64,000 nucleotides of DNA from a phage: the sequence record PZ445427.1, one strand, 5' to 3'. The position numbers and the translations under genes were made by a program. Below are positions 44,779 through 53,153 of the stretch, piece after piece; within the stretch, counting starts at the first letter, position 1; every line of letters starts with the position of its first letter. The notes beneath the pieces were generated by a model. The model worked only from the letters and a program-made list of their open reading frames with translations. It was not told the DNA's origin and did not search any database.

Positions 44779-45059
44779 TGATTACAGAAATTTTAATTGG
44801 ATTGCTGGTTCTCACGACTTTAGCAGCAATTGGTGGAATCATTGGCATTCTTAATGCTAATAAAAATATGGAAGCAATGAAGGCCACCAATAATGCGCTT
44901 TGGGAAAAATATATAGCTGCTGAAAAAGATATCGAAGACACGCAAAGACGTTCAGATCTTCTTAAAGAAAAGCTAAAGAATGTTGAAGCTCTTGTTGGTA
45001 ACACTAAACTTCCTATTAAAGTCCTGCGCGCTCAGGTAATCACGGAGATTAAGAAATGA
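44778..45059 (+). CDS. membrane protein (93 aa)
   Basis: Overlapping start; N-terminal TM then coiled-coil. Confidence 0.5.
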   Translation: MITEILIGLLVLTTLAAIGGIIGILNANKNMEAMKATNNALWEKYIAAEKDIEDTQRRSDLLKEKLKNVEALVGNTKLPIKVLRAQVITEIKK

Positions 45060-45301
45060 TGTTAATTATCTTAGCTTTTTATCTGGTTATTGTTGGTGTT
45101 CTGGTTACTAAGTATCACACCTGGACTCCAAAGAACGTTGGTAAAGTAGCGCTGTTTGTTCTGCCAGTTCCTATCATCATTGTTGCTATGTTGTTCACGA
45201 TGTTGGCAGGTAAAGTGACAAAAACTGATGTAAAACGCATTGTAGACGAACTACAGCAATCTTCTGACCTGATCGAGGATATTCTGAAAGATGAAGCTTA
45301 A
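45056..45301 (+). CDS. membrane protein (81 aa)
   Basis: ATGA overlap; two TM segments. Confidence 0.5.
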   Translation: MMLIILAFYLVIVGVLVTKYHTWTPKNVGKVALFVLPVPIIIVAMLFTMLAGKVTKTDVKRIVDELQQSSDLIEDILKDEA

Positions 45302-45623
45302 TTTTAGTGAATTAACCCTGCTGGACGAGTTTCTAGGTTTTGTTACTGAACGTGGGTTTATTAACGTAGACCCCCAGACACTAGAAGTCCTTCAATCTAT
45401 CCAGAATAAAACTAAAACAGATCTGGAAGACTTATGGCGACCGCTTTCTGAGTTAACTCCTCTTAATATGAAAGTGATTGTTAAAAATATTGAAACTGGT
45501 GAAGAACGTGAGATGGTTCGTAAAGAACTAGCTAATAGTTATTCTCCAGAGTCCTTAGTGATGCATCATGACGATGAACCAGAAACACTTTGGACAGCCC
45601 ATTACGTTTGGCGTCTACCTTGA
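45291..45623 (+). CDS. hypothetical protein (110 aa)
   Basis: Track ORF in coupled gene run. Confidence 0.5.
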   Translation: MKLNFSELTLLDEFLGFVTERGFINVDPQTLEVLQSIQNKTKTDLEDLWRPLSELTPLNMKVIVKNIETGEEREMVRKELANSYSPESLVMHHDDEPETLWTAHYVWRLP

Positions 45624-45722
45624 TTGATTTAACAACTGTTACGGCAATCTTAATCTTCGGTTTAGTGGTTGCCGTTTTCATAATCATTGAGCAGGCCAAA
45701 GTAATACGGAGACTTAAAAACA

Positions 45723-45923
45723 ATGCTAAGACTTCTTAGTTCCAAGCTCTCCCAATCCATTTGGGAGTATTTTATAATTCTACCAGCTTTTATGTTAAGT
45801 TGTGCAATCATTAACATTATGTATCAAGAAGCTGGTTGGACAGTCCAAGATTTCCACATTTCACAAGTTCTTCCTTTCATGTATGAAGGCGTTATCGCAG
45901 CAATAAATGGAGTTCGTAAATGA
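45723..45923 (+). CDS. small membrane protein (66 aa)
   Basis: Track ORF; hydrophobic core. Confidence 0.45.
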   Translation: MLRLLSSKLSQSIWEYFIILPAFMLSCAIINIMYQEAGWTVQDFHISQVLPFMYEGVIAAINGVRK

Positions 45924-46387
45924 CAGCACTGCAAAGATTACAGAATTACTGGTTTGATGACCAATTTAATGATTTATTCATCCAGTTGTTTGTCGAAACG
46001 AACGGACGTTTTAACTACCGCTTCTTTAATACTTTCCATGAAACGAAGTTCTCGCATACAGAGATTAACGCAGCGATTCAAGATCTCACTGGTTCTAAGG
46101 TAATTCCTTATCGTGATGTAGATTTTGCACCTGACTGTTTTGGTTTTGAACTGTTTAAGAAAGCATATAAGTTTGGTAAGTTCGAAGATGCACGACATTG
46201 GGTTCATGACTTCTGGTATAATACCGATATCGTCCCTAGCCGTGTACTGATCCTCAACTGGATTGCTAAACAACATCCGCCGAAGGCACAATCGGCATTC
46301 CTTCCAACTGATACAGGAAATCTTTACCATGACACAAAAGAAAAATCCAGTGCTAGAGCAGATGAAGCAGTTGGAGAAGCAGATTGA
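45920..46387 (+). CDS. hypothetical protein (155 aa)
   Basis: ATGA overlap start. Confidence 0.5.
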   Translation: MTALQRLQNYWFDDQFNDLFIQLFVETNGRFNYRFFNTFHETKFSHTEINAAIQDLTGSKVIPYRDVDFAPDCFGFELFKKAYKFGKFEDARHWVHDFWYNTDIVPSRVLILNWIAKQHPPKAQSAFLPTDTGNLYHDTKEKSSARADEAVGEAD

Positions 46388-46712
46388 GGAAGGAAGCGTT
46401 GATGGACAGTCAATTGTCAATCATGCTTTTGATCTTACAGTAGGATGTGCTAATCCGCTGGTGGCAGGTGAAACAGCAGATATTCTTGGGCTTTTAATGG
46501 CAGTTGGCCAGTTAATCGAGATTACCCAAGAAGAGCTAGACAATGATGAAGAAGTAACTGTTCATGATGTTCTCGGTGCTCTAGATCTGATTGTTAATGC
46601 TTATGCCTATAAACGCCGCCACTCAATTGATGAATATCTAGTTTCTCGTGAGATTACCGAATCTCTTCTGGAAACTGCTGATATGGCCTTAAACGGCAAG
46701 CAACTTCACTAA
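46329..46712 (+). CDS. hypothetical protein (127 aa)
   Basis: ATG 46329 after AGGAAA; track start 46263 is upstream in overlap. Confidence 0.5.
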   Translation: MTQKKNPVLEQMKQLEKQIEEGSVDGQSIVNHAFDLTVGCANPLVAGETADILGLLMAVGQLIEITQEELDNDEEVTVHDVLGALDLIVNAYAYKRRHSIDEYLVSREITESLLETADMALNGKQLH

Positions 46713-46719
46713 TCCTAGA

Positions 46720-46747
46720 GGCCAGGACTTAATTGTTCTGGCCTTTC
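46720..46747 (+). terminator. hairpin, probable terminator
   Basis: ggccag ... ctggcc hairpin then TTTCG. Confidence 0.4.
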
Positions 46748-46756
46748 GTGTATACT

Positions 46757-47275
46757 ATGAGAGATAAAATAAACGAATTACTTTATGAGGAAGCACTACA
46801 ATTCCCCATAAATAGATTCACTAAATCAGATGGATCTATTAATAGAACTAAGCTCAAACAACTTCATCCAGACTTCCAGCAAGATGCACTTAATCTTATC
46901 TTTATTAGAAGAGCTGTAGAAGCACATGGTAAGTTCTTTGGATATGAAAGAGTTAAGTATAGAACAATGCAACAGCAGGTTGAGGTCTATTGTCCAGATC
47001 ATGATGGCTACTTCTTGCAAACTGCACGGTCTCACTTAGAAGGATACGGTTGCCGATTATGTGCGCATAAAGTTGTGACACGCTTAACAGAATATGGAGT
47101 GTACACCGTACCAGCACCTTTCCACAAATTTGTAGTTGACGGTGAGCACATAATTTGGTATAATAAAGATCAAAAGTTAAAACAGGAGTTAAAGAAAGAT
47201 GGAGTACGTAGTCTGGTCAAACCCCTTAGCTCTACTCTCCCACAAACTGTTCAAGACGACGTGGGGAAGGCATGA
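46757..47275 (+). CDS. hypothetical protein (172 aa)
   Basis: ATG 46757; 3' end overlaps next ORF by 77 nt in another frame. Confidence 0.45.
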   Translation: MRDKINELLYEEALQFPINRFTKSDGSINRTKLKQLHPDFQQDALNLIFIRRAVEAHGKFFGYERVKYRTMQQQVEVYCPDHDGYFLQTARSHLEGYGCRLCAHKVVTRLTEYGVYTVPAPFHKFVVDGEHIIWYNKDQKLKQELKKDGVRSLVKPLSSTLPQTVQDDVGKA

Positions 47276-47483
47276 AGTCTTTATAGATACAAATCCTTAC
47301 CCAAATAATCATCCATTAGTTCCTACATTATTTAAGGTAAAAATTGATGGTAAAGAATATTTACTAGATTCTTTTGGGCATGAGTTTGTAATAGAAGCCA
47401 TAGAAGATAATAGTATCTCTATGCGTGAAGTAATTAATAGAGCAGCCAACTTTGATAAGAGTTGGATGCTAATCTGGGGTTAA
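47199..47483 (+). CDS. hypothetical protein (94 aa), overlaps upstream ORF
   Basis: AAAGAAAG RBS-like before ATG 47199. Confidence 0.4.
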   Translation: MEYVVWSNPLALLSHKLFKTTWGRHEVFIDTNPYPNNHPLVPTLFKVKIDGKEYLLDSFGHEFVIEAIEDNSISMREVINRAANFDKSWMLIWG

Positions 47484-47484
47484 T

Positions 47485-47670
47485 ATGGAAACACTACTTC
47501 TTGTACTACTAGGTGGCTCACTCTTAACCATTCTAGGCTTGATAATTGTATGCAGTCGCCTCAATGTTAAGAATCTAGAATTAAATAGTGAGAATGAGAT
47601 TCTTAACCGAGAAATTAAACAACATAATATCGCAGCTCGTAAGCTGTTAGATAAACTGGAGAATAGATAA
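47485..47670 (+). CDS. small membrane protein (61 aa)
   Basis: N-terminal TM then coiled-coil. Confidence 0.5.
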   Translation: METLLLVLLGGSLLTILGLIIVCSRLNVKNLELNSENEILNREIKQHNIAARKLLDKLENR

Positions 47671-48281
47671 TGTTTACACAACAAACCATTAAAGTAGTTG
47701 CAGATCATGAACTCGACACATGGGATTACAGCTTTAAAGATCTGACTGCTACAGTACAGTTTAAATCTATGCAACTGTCGTTTTTGCACACTGATCTTCA
47801 AGGTTGCAAGGAATTTCAGGCTAAACTCATGAATGCTCGTGCTATCTTTGGCACAGCTCGCATCCCGGCAGATAATCTGATTAATGCACTAATCGATGCG
47901 GGGTATAAACTCATGAAGACTGAGGTGAACCGCCCTAGTACTCCAGTGACTATTCGGGATCCATGGCAGTCAGGGCCAATCGCAATGCTGAATAATTCTG
48001 ATAAAAGATTAATGTCGGATATGCACAATGTTCCTTGTGGTGGCGTGGTAAGCAATACACAATCATATAAGTTTGGGGAAGCATCTAGCGTAGACGAGTG
48101 GGATAAAGCTGGCGTTGCAATGATGGGCTTTGCAAAAGATCGCGGAGCACAAGAAGACTCCGGAGTTTCTAGGAACTCATATACTATTCGTTTGAGCAAT
48201 CCTAGCAAAGAAGGTGAGCTTGAAGAAATGTTAACGAAAGTATTCGAAGCTATTGATGCAGATAAAGCTAGAGGTCGTTAA
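47670..48281 (+). CDS. hypothetical protein (203 aa)
   Basis: TAATG coupling. Confidence 0.55.
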   Translation: MFTQQTIKVVADHELDTWDYSFKDLTATVQFKSMQLSFLHTDLQGCKEFQAKLMNARAIFGTARIPADNLINALIDAGYKLMKTEVNRPSTPVTIRDPWQSGPIAMLNNSDKRLMSDMHNVPCGGVVSNTQSYKFGEASSVDEWDKAGVAMMGFAKDRGAQEDSGVSRNSYTIRLSNPSKEGELEEMLTKVFEAIDADKARGR

Positions 48282-49171
48282 TGGGATTTTATAGTAATAG
48301 AAAGCCGAAAGGTGTAGTTGGTAAATTCGCGGTGGAAGAGAGACCTTTTCCACCGGTCGATGTAGAGAAACTACGTGAACTTCTCGAAATGTTAGAGGGC
48401 TGCCATGAACGTTGTTACTCTGAGCTTTCTTTAAACGAGAAACGTGTTGTTGAGATGTTCTGTATTCGGTCAGCTAGAACAGTTAGAGGTACTTCTCCAA
48501 AAGATGAAATAAAAGAATACAGAGTTCTAGTGATGCATGCTTGGGCACAACGTTTTGCAGTTCATTCACTTCAGGAATGGTTTAATCTTCCAGCATATAA
48601 AGACTTCCATGTTTATGAAGATGAAGTTATGAATTATAATGAGTTGTACGGTTTGTCATTTAAAAAGACAGGCTCACCAATGCATGATGCACTCAATTCA
48701 TTCCCTGATCATTATCTTCCAGTTCGTGAATACAGAGATCGTGAGGGAAATAAACCTTGCTTCACTATATGGAATAAGTCTAAGACAATATCTGATCTAG
48801 ACAATTATTGGTTCCGCACAAAAGAAGGATTCCTAGGAACAGAACCTTTACCTAAGGATCTCAAGCCTATCCTCCCACCTGTGAAACCTAAGCATGAAGT
48901 AACGATTGCTATTAATAGAATAATTCTAGGAGCAGATGATCTTACTAAACAAATCGCCGCAGTTATTGCAGTTCTGTTTGAAGGTACAAAATCTTCCCCA
49001 CGTTATGAAAAGCTAACTGATAACAAATTGCAGATACCTAACGAGTTGTACGAGAGTTCATGTAAGATCTATGATAACTTCAGTAAAGTAGATTACCCTG
49101 TGAGATCCATCAAAGAACTCATGGAGTATGCGGAGATGGGGATGAAAGGAAATCTCATGTTCGATGAATAA
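48281..49171 (+). CDS. hypothetical protein (296 aa)
   Basis: TAATG coupling; last gene before repeat region. Confidence 0.55.
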   Translation: MGFYSNRKPKGVVGKFAVEERPFPPVDVEKLRELLEMLEGCHERCYSELSLNEKRVVEMFCIRSARTVRGTSPKDEIKEYRVLVMHAWAQRFAVHSLQEWFNLPAYKDFHVYEDEVMNYNELYGLSFKKTGSPMHDALNSFPDHYLPVREYRDREGNKPCFTIWNKSKTISDLDNYWFRTKEGFLGTEPLPKDLKPILPPVKPKHEVTIAINRIILGADDLTKQIAAVIAVLFEGTKSSPRYEKLTDNKLQIPNELYESSCKIYDNFSKVDYPVRSIKELMEYAEMGMKGNLMFDE

Positions 49172-49178
49172 ACTCTAC

Positions 49179-49207
49179 TTGACGTTATGATTTCTGCATG
49201 TTATAAT
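49179..49207 (+). promoter_or_regulatory. strong sigma70 promoter TTGACG-17-TGtTATAAT pointing into ORF-free repeat region
   Basis: ttgacg 49179..49184, extended -10 tg at 49199..49200, tataat 49202..49207. Confidence 0.55.
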
Positions 49208-49213
49208 AACTCT

Positions 49214-49400
49214 ATGAAATAACATAGAATAAAGAGATCCACCCGGATACGGATGGTGGATGGGAAACTTCTATTTCCCCCGTAGCTTGTCGGAGGGCTA
49301 GGGAAATCTTCAGAAGTTTTGTACCATCTCACGCAATTCGTATCCCAGGGGTGGAGCATCTCTCACAATCCCTTGGGGATCTTATACTTATATAAAAACT
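49214..49400 (+). ncRNA. candidate structured non-coding RNA
   Basis: Promoter-proximal ORF-free GC-rich segment with multiple local hairpins (gggaaacttctatttccc; cccagggg ... cccttgggg). Confidence 0.3.
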
Positions 49401-49456
49401 AATACTGTTGAATAGATAAATTAACGTTCAAGATGATACACTTGTTGCCGCCGCTC

Positions 49457-49650
49457 TTCCTAGGATGGCACAACACTTTCTAGTAGACTCCTAAGTTTCT
49501 AGGAAAACTCACACCAACTCAGGCGGTTTTCATATTCCTAGAAACTCTAGCAATAGGCGGTTTAATACAGGGCGGTTATTTCTAGGAGACATTTTTCCAA
49601 AACACATTTCTGGAAATTGCTATCGGATTTGCACTCTGTGTTTCTAGAAA
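49457..49650. repeat. array of about 8 TTCTAG(G/A)A motifs with 3 interspersed (A/G)GGCGGTT motifs
   Basis: tcctagga 49459, ttctagta 49479, ttctagga 49498, tcctagaa 49536, ttctagga 49580, ttctggaa 49609, ttctagaa 49643; ggcggtt at 49522, 49556, 49571. Confidence 0.6.
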
Positions 49651-50222
49651 TTTATGGTCGGATTTGCACAATTGCCTAAGTTTTCATGAACACATACTCT
49701 CCTGAAAATAACAGCATTATTTCGGGCCGAAGGCCCATGATTGCCTGAGTTTTTAGAGCCACAGGAATTTTCACTTGTCAAGCTATTTTGCCCCATTTTG
49801 CTAATAAAATTTCGCATAATCTCGCCCCACGCCCAATTATCCCAAAACATCCCACATTATCCCCAAAAACGCAGCAAACTAGGCGTTGCACGCCCTTCCA
49901 GCTGCTACTTTCGTAGTTCCTCCCAAAATCTCATCGGATTCGCACTTCTCCCCAAACTCACACAATCACACACCCTCCAATCGAAGTCACAAAAATCTTG
50001 TCGGTTCTGCACACCTTAACACTTGTCGGATTTGCACATATTCTAGTAAATCCAGCTGGATTGCATCGCAGTTGCGGATTGCTGGAGTTTTTAGGAAAAT
50101 TCATTGTCGGATTCGCACACTGTAAAAATATTTCCCATCGGATTTGCACACTACCAAAAATTGTCGGATTCGCACATGCACGCTGGCACGTAATCCATGG
50201 TGGCAAATGTCGGATTTGCACA
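49622..50222. repeat. dispersed array of about 9 copies of GTCGGATT(T/C)GCACA
   Basis: Copies at about 49622, 49657, 49932, 50000, 50025, 50106, 50137, 50163, 50209 plus 2 degenerate copies near 50057..50085. Confidence 0.7.
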
Positions 50223-50257
50223 AAAGCGCAGGGCAAAATGAAAATGCCCTGCCTGCC

Positions 50258-50405
50258 GAAATGCGAATGATAATGAGATTGATTCGCATTTGAGAAGTTG
50301 AATGCGAATGATAATGATTCGCGTTTAGAAAGGGGAATGAGAATGGTTATCCTTTACAGAGTTGAATACGAATGAGTCGCATTTAGAAAGCGAAGTGAGA
50401 AACAC
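50258..50405. repeat. three tandem palindromic units AATGCGAAT-N-ATTCGCATT
   Basis: gaatgcgaatgataatga...gattcgcattt repeated at 50260, 50301, 50367. Confidence 0.6.
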
Positions 50406-50416
50406 TGTTATTTAAG

Positions 50417-50425
50417 TTATCCACA
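50417..50425 (+). promoter_or_regulatory. consensus DnaA box TTATCCACA
   Basis: Exact 9-mer; two 8/9 copies TTATCAACA at 50478 and 50490. Confidence 0.55.
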
Positions 50426-50506
50426 GGTTTATTAACAGCACGATTTGACTTGACAAAATCCTAGTGATTTTGAGGCGTTATCAACAGACTTATCAACAGG
50501 TTATTC

Positions 50507-50526
50507 TACTGTATATTTATACAGTA
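50507..50526. promoter_or_regulatory. LexA (SOS) box-like palindrome TACTGTATATTTATACAGTA
   Basis: 19/20 match to TACTGTATATATATACAGTA consensus (CTGT-N8-ACAG). Confidence 0.5.
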
Positions 50527-50555
50527 TTCCTGCGTAGTGAATAACTCTAATATAG

Positions 50556-50587
50556 CTCTAAAACGCTCTCAAACGCATTCTAACGCG
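50556..50587 (+). repeat. 31-bp direct repeat copy 1 (tctaaaacgctctcaaacgcattctaacgcg)
   Basis: Second copy at 54824..54854 with 3 mismatches. Confidence 0.6.
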
Positions 50588-50627
50588 TTTATTTTTGGAG
50601 GACGTATTTTAATAAGGGGAAATTTGA

Positions 50628-50668
50628 GGAAGGCCAGAAAAAGCGGGGCCGATAGTTGCGCCCCGTTA
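50628..50668 (-). terminator. rho-independent terminator (minus strand)
   Basis: cggggc ... gccccg hairpin; minus strand reads stem then CTTTTTCT. Confidence 0.5.
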
Positions 50669-50671
50669 TTA

Positions 50672-50866
50672 TTAGTCCGGTATTTGATGGGAGAACTCTA
50701 CGCTTTCACCGTAGGAATCTACTAGATTAGTGTAGTAACCATACTCATCATATATAAGTTTGTCATACTCTTGATTCTCACAAATTGCGCGGTTTTCTTT
50801 TGTATCTTCTACATAGAATGTATCCACGGTAACACTAGTTTTACGAATAACAATTTTATCACTCAT
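50672..50866 (-). CDS. hypothetical protein (64 aa)
   Basis: Track ORF, last gene of minus-strand operon inside IR-bracketed cassette. Confidence 0.5.
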   Translation of the reverse strand: MSDKIVIRKTSVTVDTFYVEDTKENRAICENQEYDKLIYDEYGYYTNLVDSYGESVEFSHQIPD

Positions 50867-50883
50867 AGTAACGCCCTCTTTTA

Positions 50884-51144
50884 TTAGTATTCTGTATTAG
50901 TTATAACTATAGCCGTATTTTCTAATTGTCCAGCACTTTCCGCTAAAAATGTAATATGTGCTGTATTGTTAATATAGATTGACTTATGCGCATTTCTTAA
51001 AGCATAAGCCCACCCACGGATCGCTGGCAAAATCTTGTCAAGCGATATATTTTGCGCTCTCAATTCCTTAGCGCGTACTGCCATTGCTTCATGTGCTTCA
51101 GTCAGTCCCTTAACTGTAAAAATACCGTTGCCGTGGTTGATCAT
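50884..51144 (-). CDS. hypothetical protein (86 aa)
   Basis: Track ORF, minus-strand operon. Confidence 0.5.
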   Translation of the reverse strand: MINHGNGIFTVKGLTEAHEAMAVRAKELRAQNISLDKILPAIRGWAYALRNAHKSIYINNTAHITFLAESAGQLENTAIVITNTEY

Positions 51145-51270
51145 AGTGCCATTGCTCCTAGAATGAGAATGATTATCAATATCATTGTAAAGCCATTACC
51201 AAATCGTAAACGCTGGGAATGTTTCCCAGCGGTATTATTAGATTTATGGCTTTGTGTTTTTCGCCACCAG

Positions 51271-51471
51271 CTATTCACGGTAAACGCTCCAACCGTCTAG
51301 CTTCCATTCCTCCCCCTTGCGAATATTGAAAAACCAATCATTAAAATTGTAACCATCTTCCGACATGATCACGCCGTTTTCTTTCATGTACAAAAACTCA
51401 TCGCTAGTAAAATATTGATTACTAACTTTGAAACCTTGTTTCATTTTTTCTAACGCTTCATCTTTAGTCAT
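51271..51471 (-). CDS. hypothetical protein (66 aa)
   Basis: Track ORF, 4-nt overlap with upstream gene. Confidence 0.5.
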   Translation of the reverse strand: MTKDEALEKMKQGFKVSNQYFTSDEFLYMKENGVIMSEDGYNFNDWFFNIRKGEEWKLDGWSVYRE

Positions 51472-51812
51472 TGTGCAATTTCCCGAAACGCTGTTTCAAT
51501 ACTTTCAGCGGTTGATTGAATATATGCGCCTTTCATAATCAGGCGCTCTGTACATACTTTGCGGAAAATGTCAATAAATTCATTTTCATTTTCTGCTACT
51601 AATGGCTCACCCATAACCTGTACATCACATGCGCCAAAAGTAAGAAACTGGAAGGCAAGCTCGCGAGCAACAACGGCATTAATCTTATAATGTGATTTGC
51701 CCTCATAGATATTAACCACGCCTTTATAAACTGGTGAAAGCTGATTTAAATAGCTTGCTAATAATGCCGGACGGCAATTAGTAACAAAACGATTACCCTC
51801 GTAAATAACCAT
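51468..51812 (-). CDS. hypothetical protein (114 aa)
   Basis: Track ORF, minus-strand operon. Confidence 0.55.
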   Translation of the reverse strand: MVIYEGNRFVTNCRPALLASYLNQLSPVYKGVVNIYEGKSHYKINAVVARELAFQFLTFGACDVQVMGEPLVAENENEFIDIFRKVCTERLIMKGAYIQSTAESIETAFREIAQ

Positions 51813-51921
51813 TTGTCAAGCTCCTAAAGCTGGGAAAATATCAGGTACATTTTTAAAACAAATGCAGCGAATGAGCAAACAACGCCAACGGTAGCAAACG
51901 CTAGAGCAATATATAAGGATC

Positions 51922-52134
51922 TCATAATACCCCACGAAAAGCAGCGTAAAAGGTGGCAAAGTGTTTAACCGTTTCGGCTACCAAATTTCCGCGCTTGTCA
52001 AATTTCTTTTCAGTAACACGGAAAGCGTTTTTGTTACGTGCTACATATTCGATTTTACAATCTGGACGCTCAAACGTGTTAACATCCACCAGCTTAAAAC
52101 CTTTAGAACGGGCAAGGGAAACATTCTTTAACAT
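51922..52134 (-). CDS. hypothetical protein (70 aa)
   Basis: Track ORF; preceded on minus strand by extended -10 TGTTATAAT (plus 52192..52200). Confidence 0.5.
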   Translation of the reverse strand: MLKNVSLARSKGFKLVDVNTFERPDCKIEYVARNKNAFRVTEKKFDKRGNLVAETVKHFATFYAAFRGVL

Positions 52135-52191
52135 TTGCTTAACTCCTAGAAATCAGGGAAAATTTTCAATCCACCGTTTCGGTGTAAAGGC

Positions 52192-52200
52192 ATTATAACA
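52192..52200 (-). promoter_or_regulatory. extended -10 promoter element TGTTATAAT (minus strand)
   Basis: plus-strand attataaca; no clear -35. Confidence 0.35.
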
Positions 52201-52228
52201 AAAAAGGCCGCCGATTAGGGCGACCTTT
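52200..52228 (-). terminator. rho-independent terminator (minus strand)
   Basis: Minus strand reads aggtcgccc-taat-cggcggcct then TTTTTTGT. Confidence 0.55.
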
Positions 52229-52241
52229 ACAAAACTTTACA

Positions 52242-52763
52242 TTACATATATCTGATTATTGCATCGCCGTATAGCTCGCTTTCAGATCGTAACACTTGCT
52301 CGAAACGCTGGTATTCTAGCGCCCTGTTTTCTTTTGGGAAATAGCAAGCGTTTTCTAGTGCCTTTTGATAAACATGCAATTCATTATCAAAACGCTGAAC
52401 GATCCCCAGTTCTAGCAAGGCTTTATATACTTCATCCTCACCATGACCACCATTAACAAATTGATAACTTTTCGTGAATTGCCAGCGGTACGCCGTTGCG
52501 CCCACGTCTGGATTTTCTACCATGTTGCAATCGTCACACTCGCAATCATTAGCAGACTCATCACAATTCTGACAGATTTCATGATTGCTAAAACTGGAGG
52601 CGTTTTCCATCGCCATTTCATGCAACGGCGTTTCAATATCGCCAGCGAAAAAATGTTCTACGCTTGCCCATTGTTCGCCGTGGGTATTAGTGTAACAGTA
52701 CACTAGTGCAATGATCGGATGATCAATATGTGATCCGGTTACTACGTCGCCATACTTTGACAT
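52242..52763 (-). CDS. hypothetical Cys-rich protein (173 aa)
   Basis: Track ORF; CQNCDESANDCECDDC cluster. Confidence 0.55.
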   Translation of the reverse strand: MSKYGDVVTGSHIDHPIIALVYCYTNTHGEQWASVEHFFAGDIETPLHEMAMENASSFSNHEICQNCDESANDCECDDCNMVENPDVGATAYRWQFTKSYQFVNGGHGEDEVYKALLELGIVQRFDNELHVYQKALENACYFPKENRALEYQRFEQVLRSESELYGDAIIRYM

Positions 52764-52777
52764 TAATTAGTCTCCTA

Positions 52778-53086
52778 TTAATTAGCAGGGAAATAAAGAG
52801 AATTTGCTACATCGTAAAATCCTTTATTCAAGAAAATTACGTCATCACGGACTATTTCATCCATTCCATAATCCAGCAAAGTTTCATCTACAAAAATACA
52901 TAGCCAGCCATAACCACGATCAAAGAAAGCATGATAATTATTCGCGCTTTCTACATGTTCCCATAAAAAGGGACGGCCTTGCTTTTCCCATATAGGAATA
53001 TTGCTTTGATCGTCTGAATAATTAACGTGTGGGCTATTCGGCATCTTTTCGGCTAATTGCGTCAACATGATTTGATTCAGTTGCAT
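52778..53086 (-). CDS. hypothetical protein (102 aa)
   Basis: Track ORF. Confidence 0.5.
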   Translation of the reverse strand: MQLNQIMLTQLAEKMPNSPHVNYSDDQSNIPIWEKQGRPFLWEHVESANNYHAFFDRGYGWLCIFVDETLLDYGMDEIVRDDVIFLNKGFYDVANSLYFPAN

Positions 53087-53118
53087 AATAAGTAGTCTCC
53101 TAACAATTAACAGGGAAA

Positions 53119-53145
53119 TAGTAAAGCGGGGAAATAATCCCCGCT
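53119..53145 (-). terminator. hairpin terminator (minus strand)
   Basis: agcgggga-aataa-tccccgct; same stem recurs at 56588. Confidence 0.45.
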
Positions 53146-53153
53146 AGTTATTA

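Larger units (their letters stand above)
50405..50530. repeat. left arm of ~120-bp imperfect inverted repeat
   Basis: Reverse complement of 50405..50530 aligns with 54395..54520 (shared blocks ctgtatatttatacagta, ataacctgt, ataagtctgt, gtgctgt, ctgtggataa, ttctcactt). Confidence 0.7.

Noticed and set aside
49622-50222. Possible CRISPR array suggested by the repeated GTCGGATTTGCACA motif
   Set aside because: Repeat unit is only about 14 bp, spacing is irregular (20 to more than 250 bp), copies are degenerate, and there are no cas genes; more consistent with protein-binding iterons.
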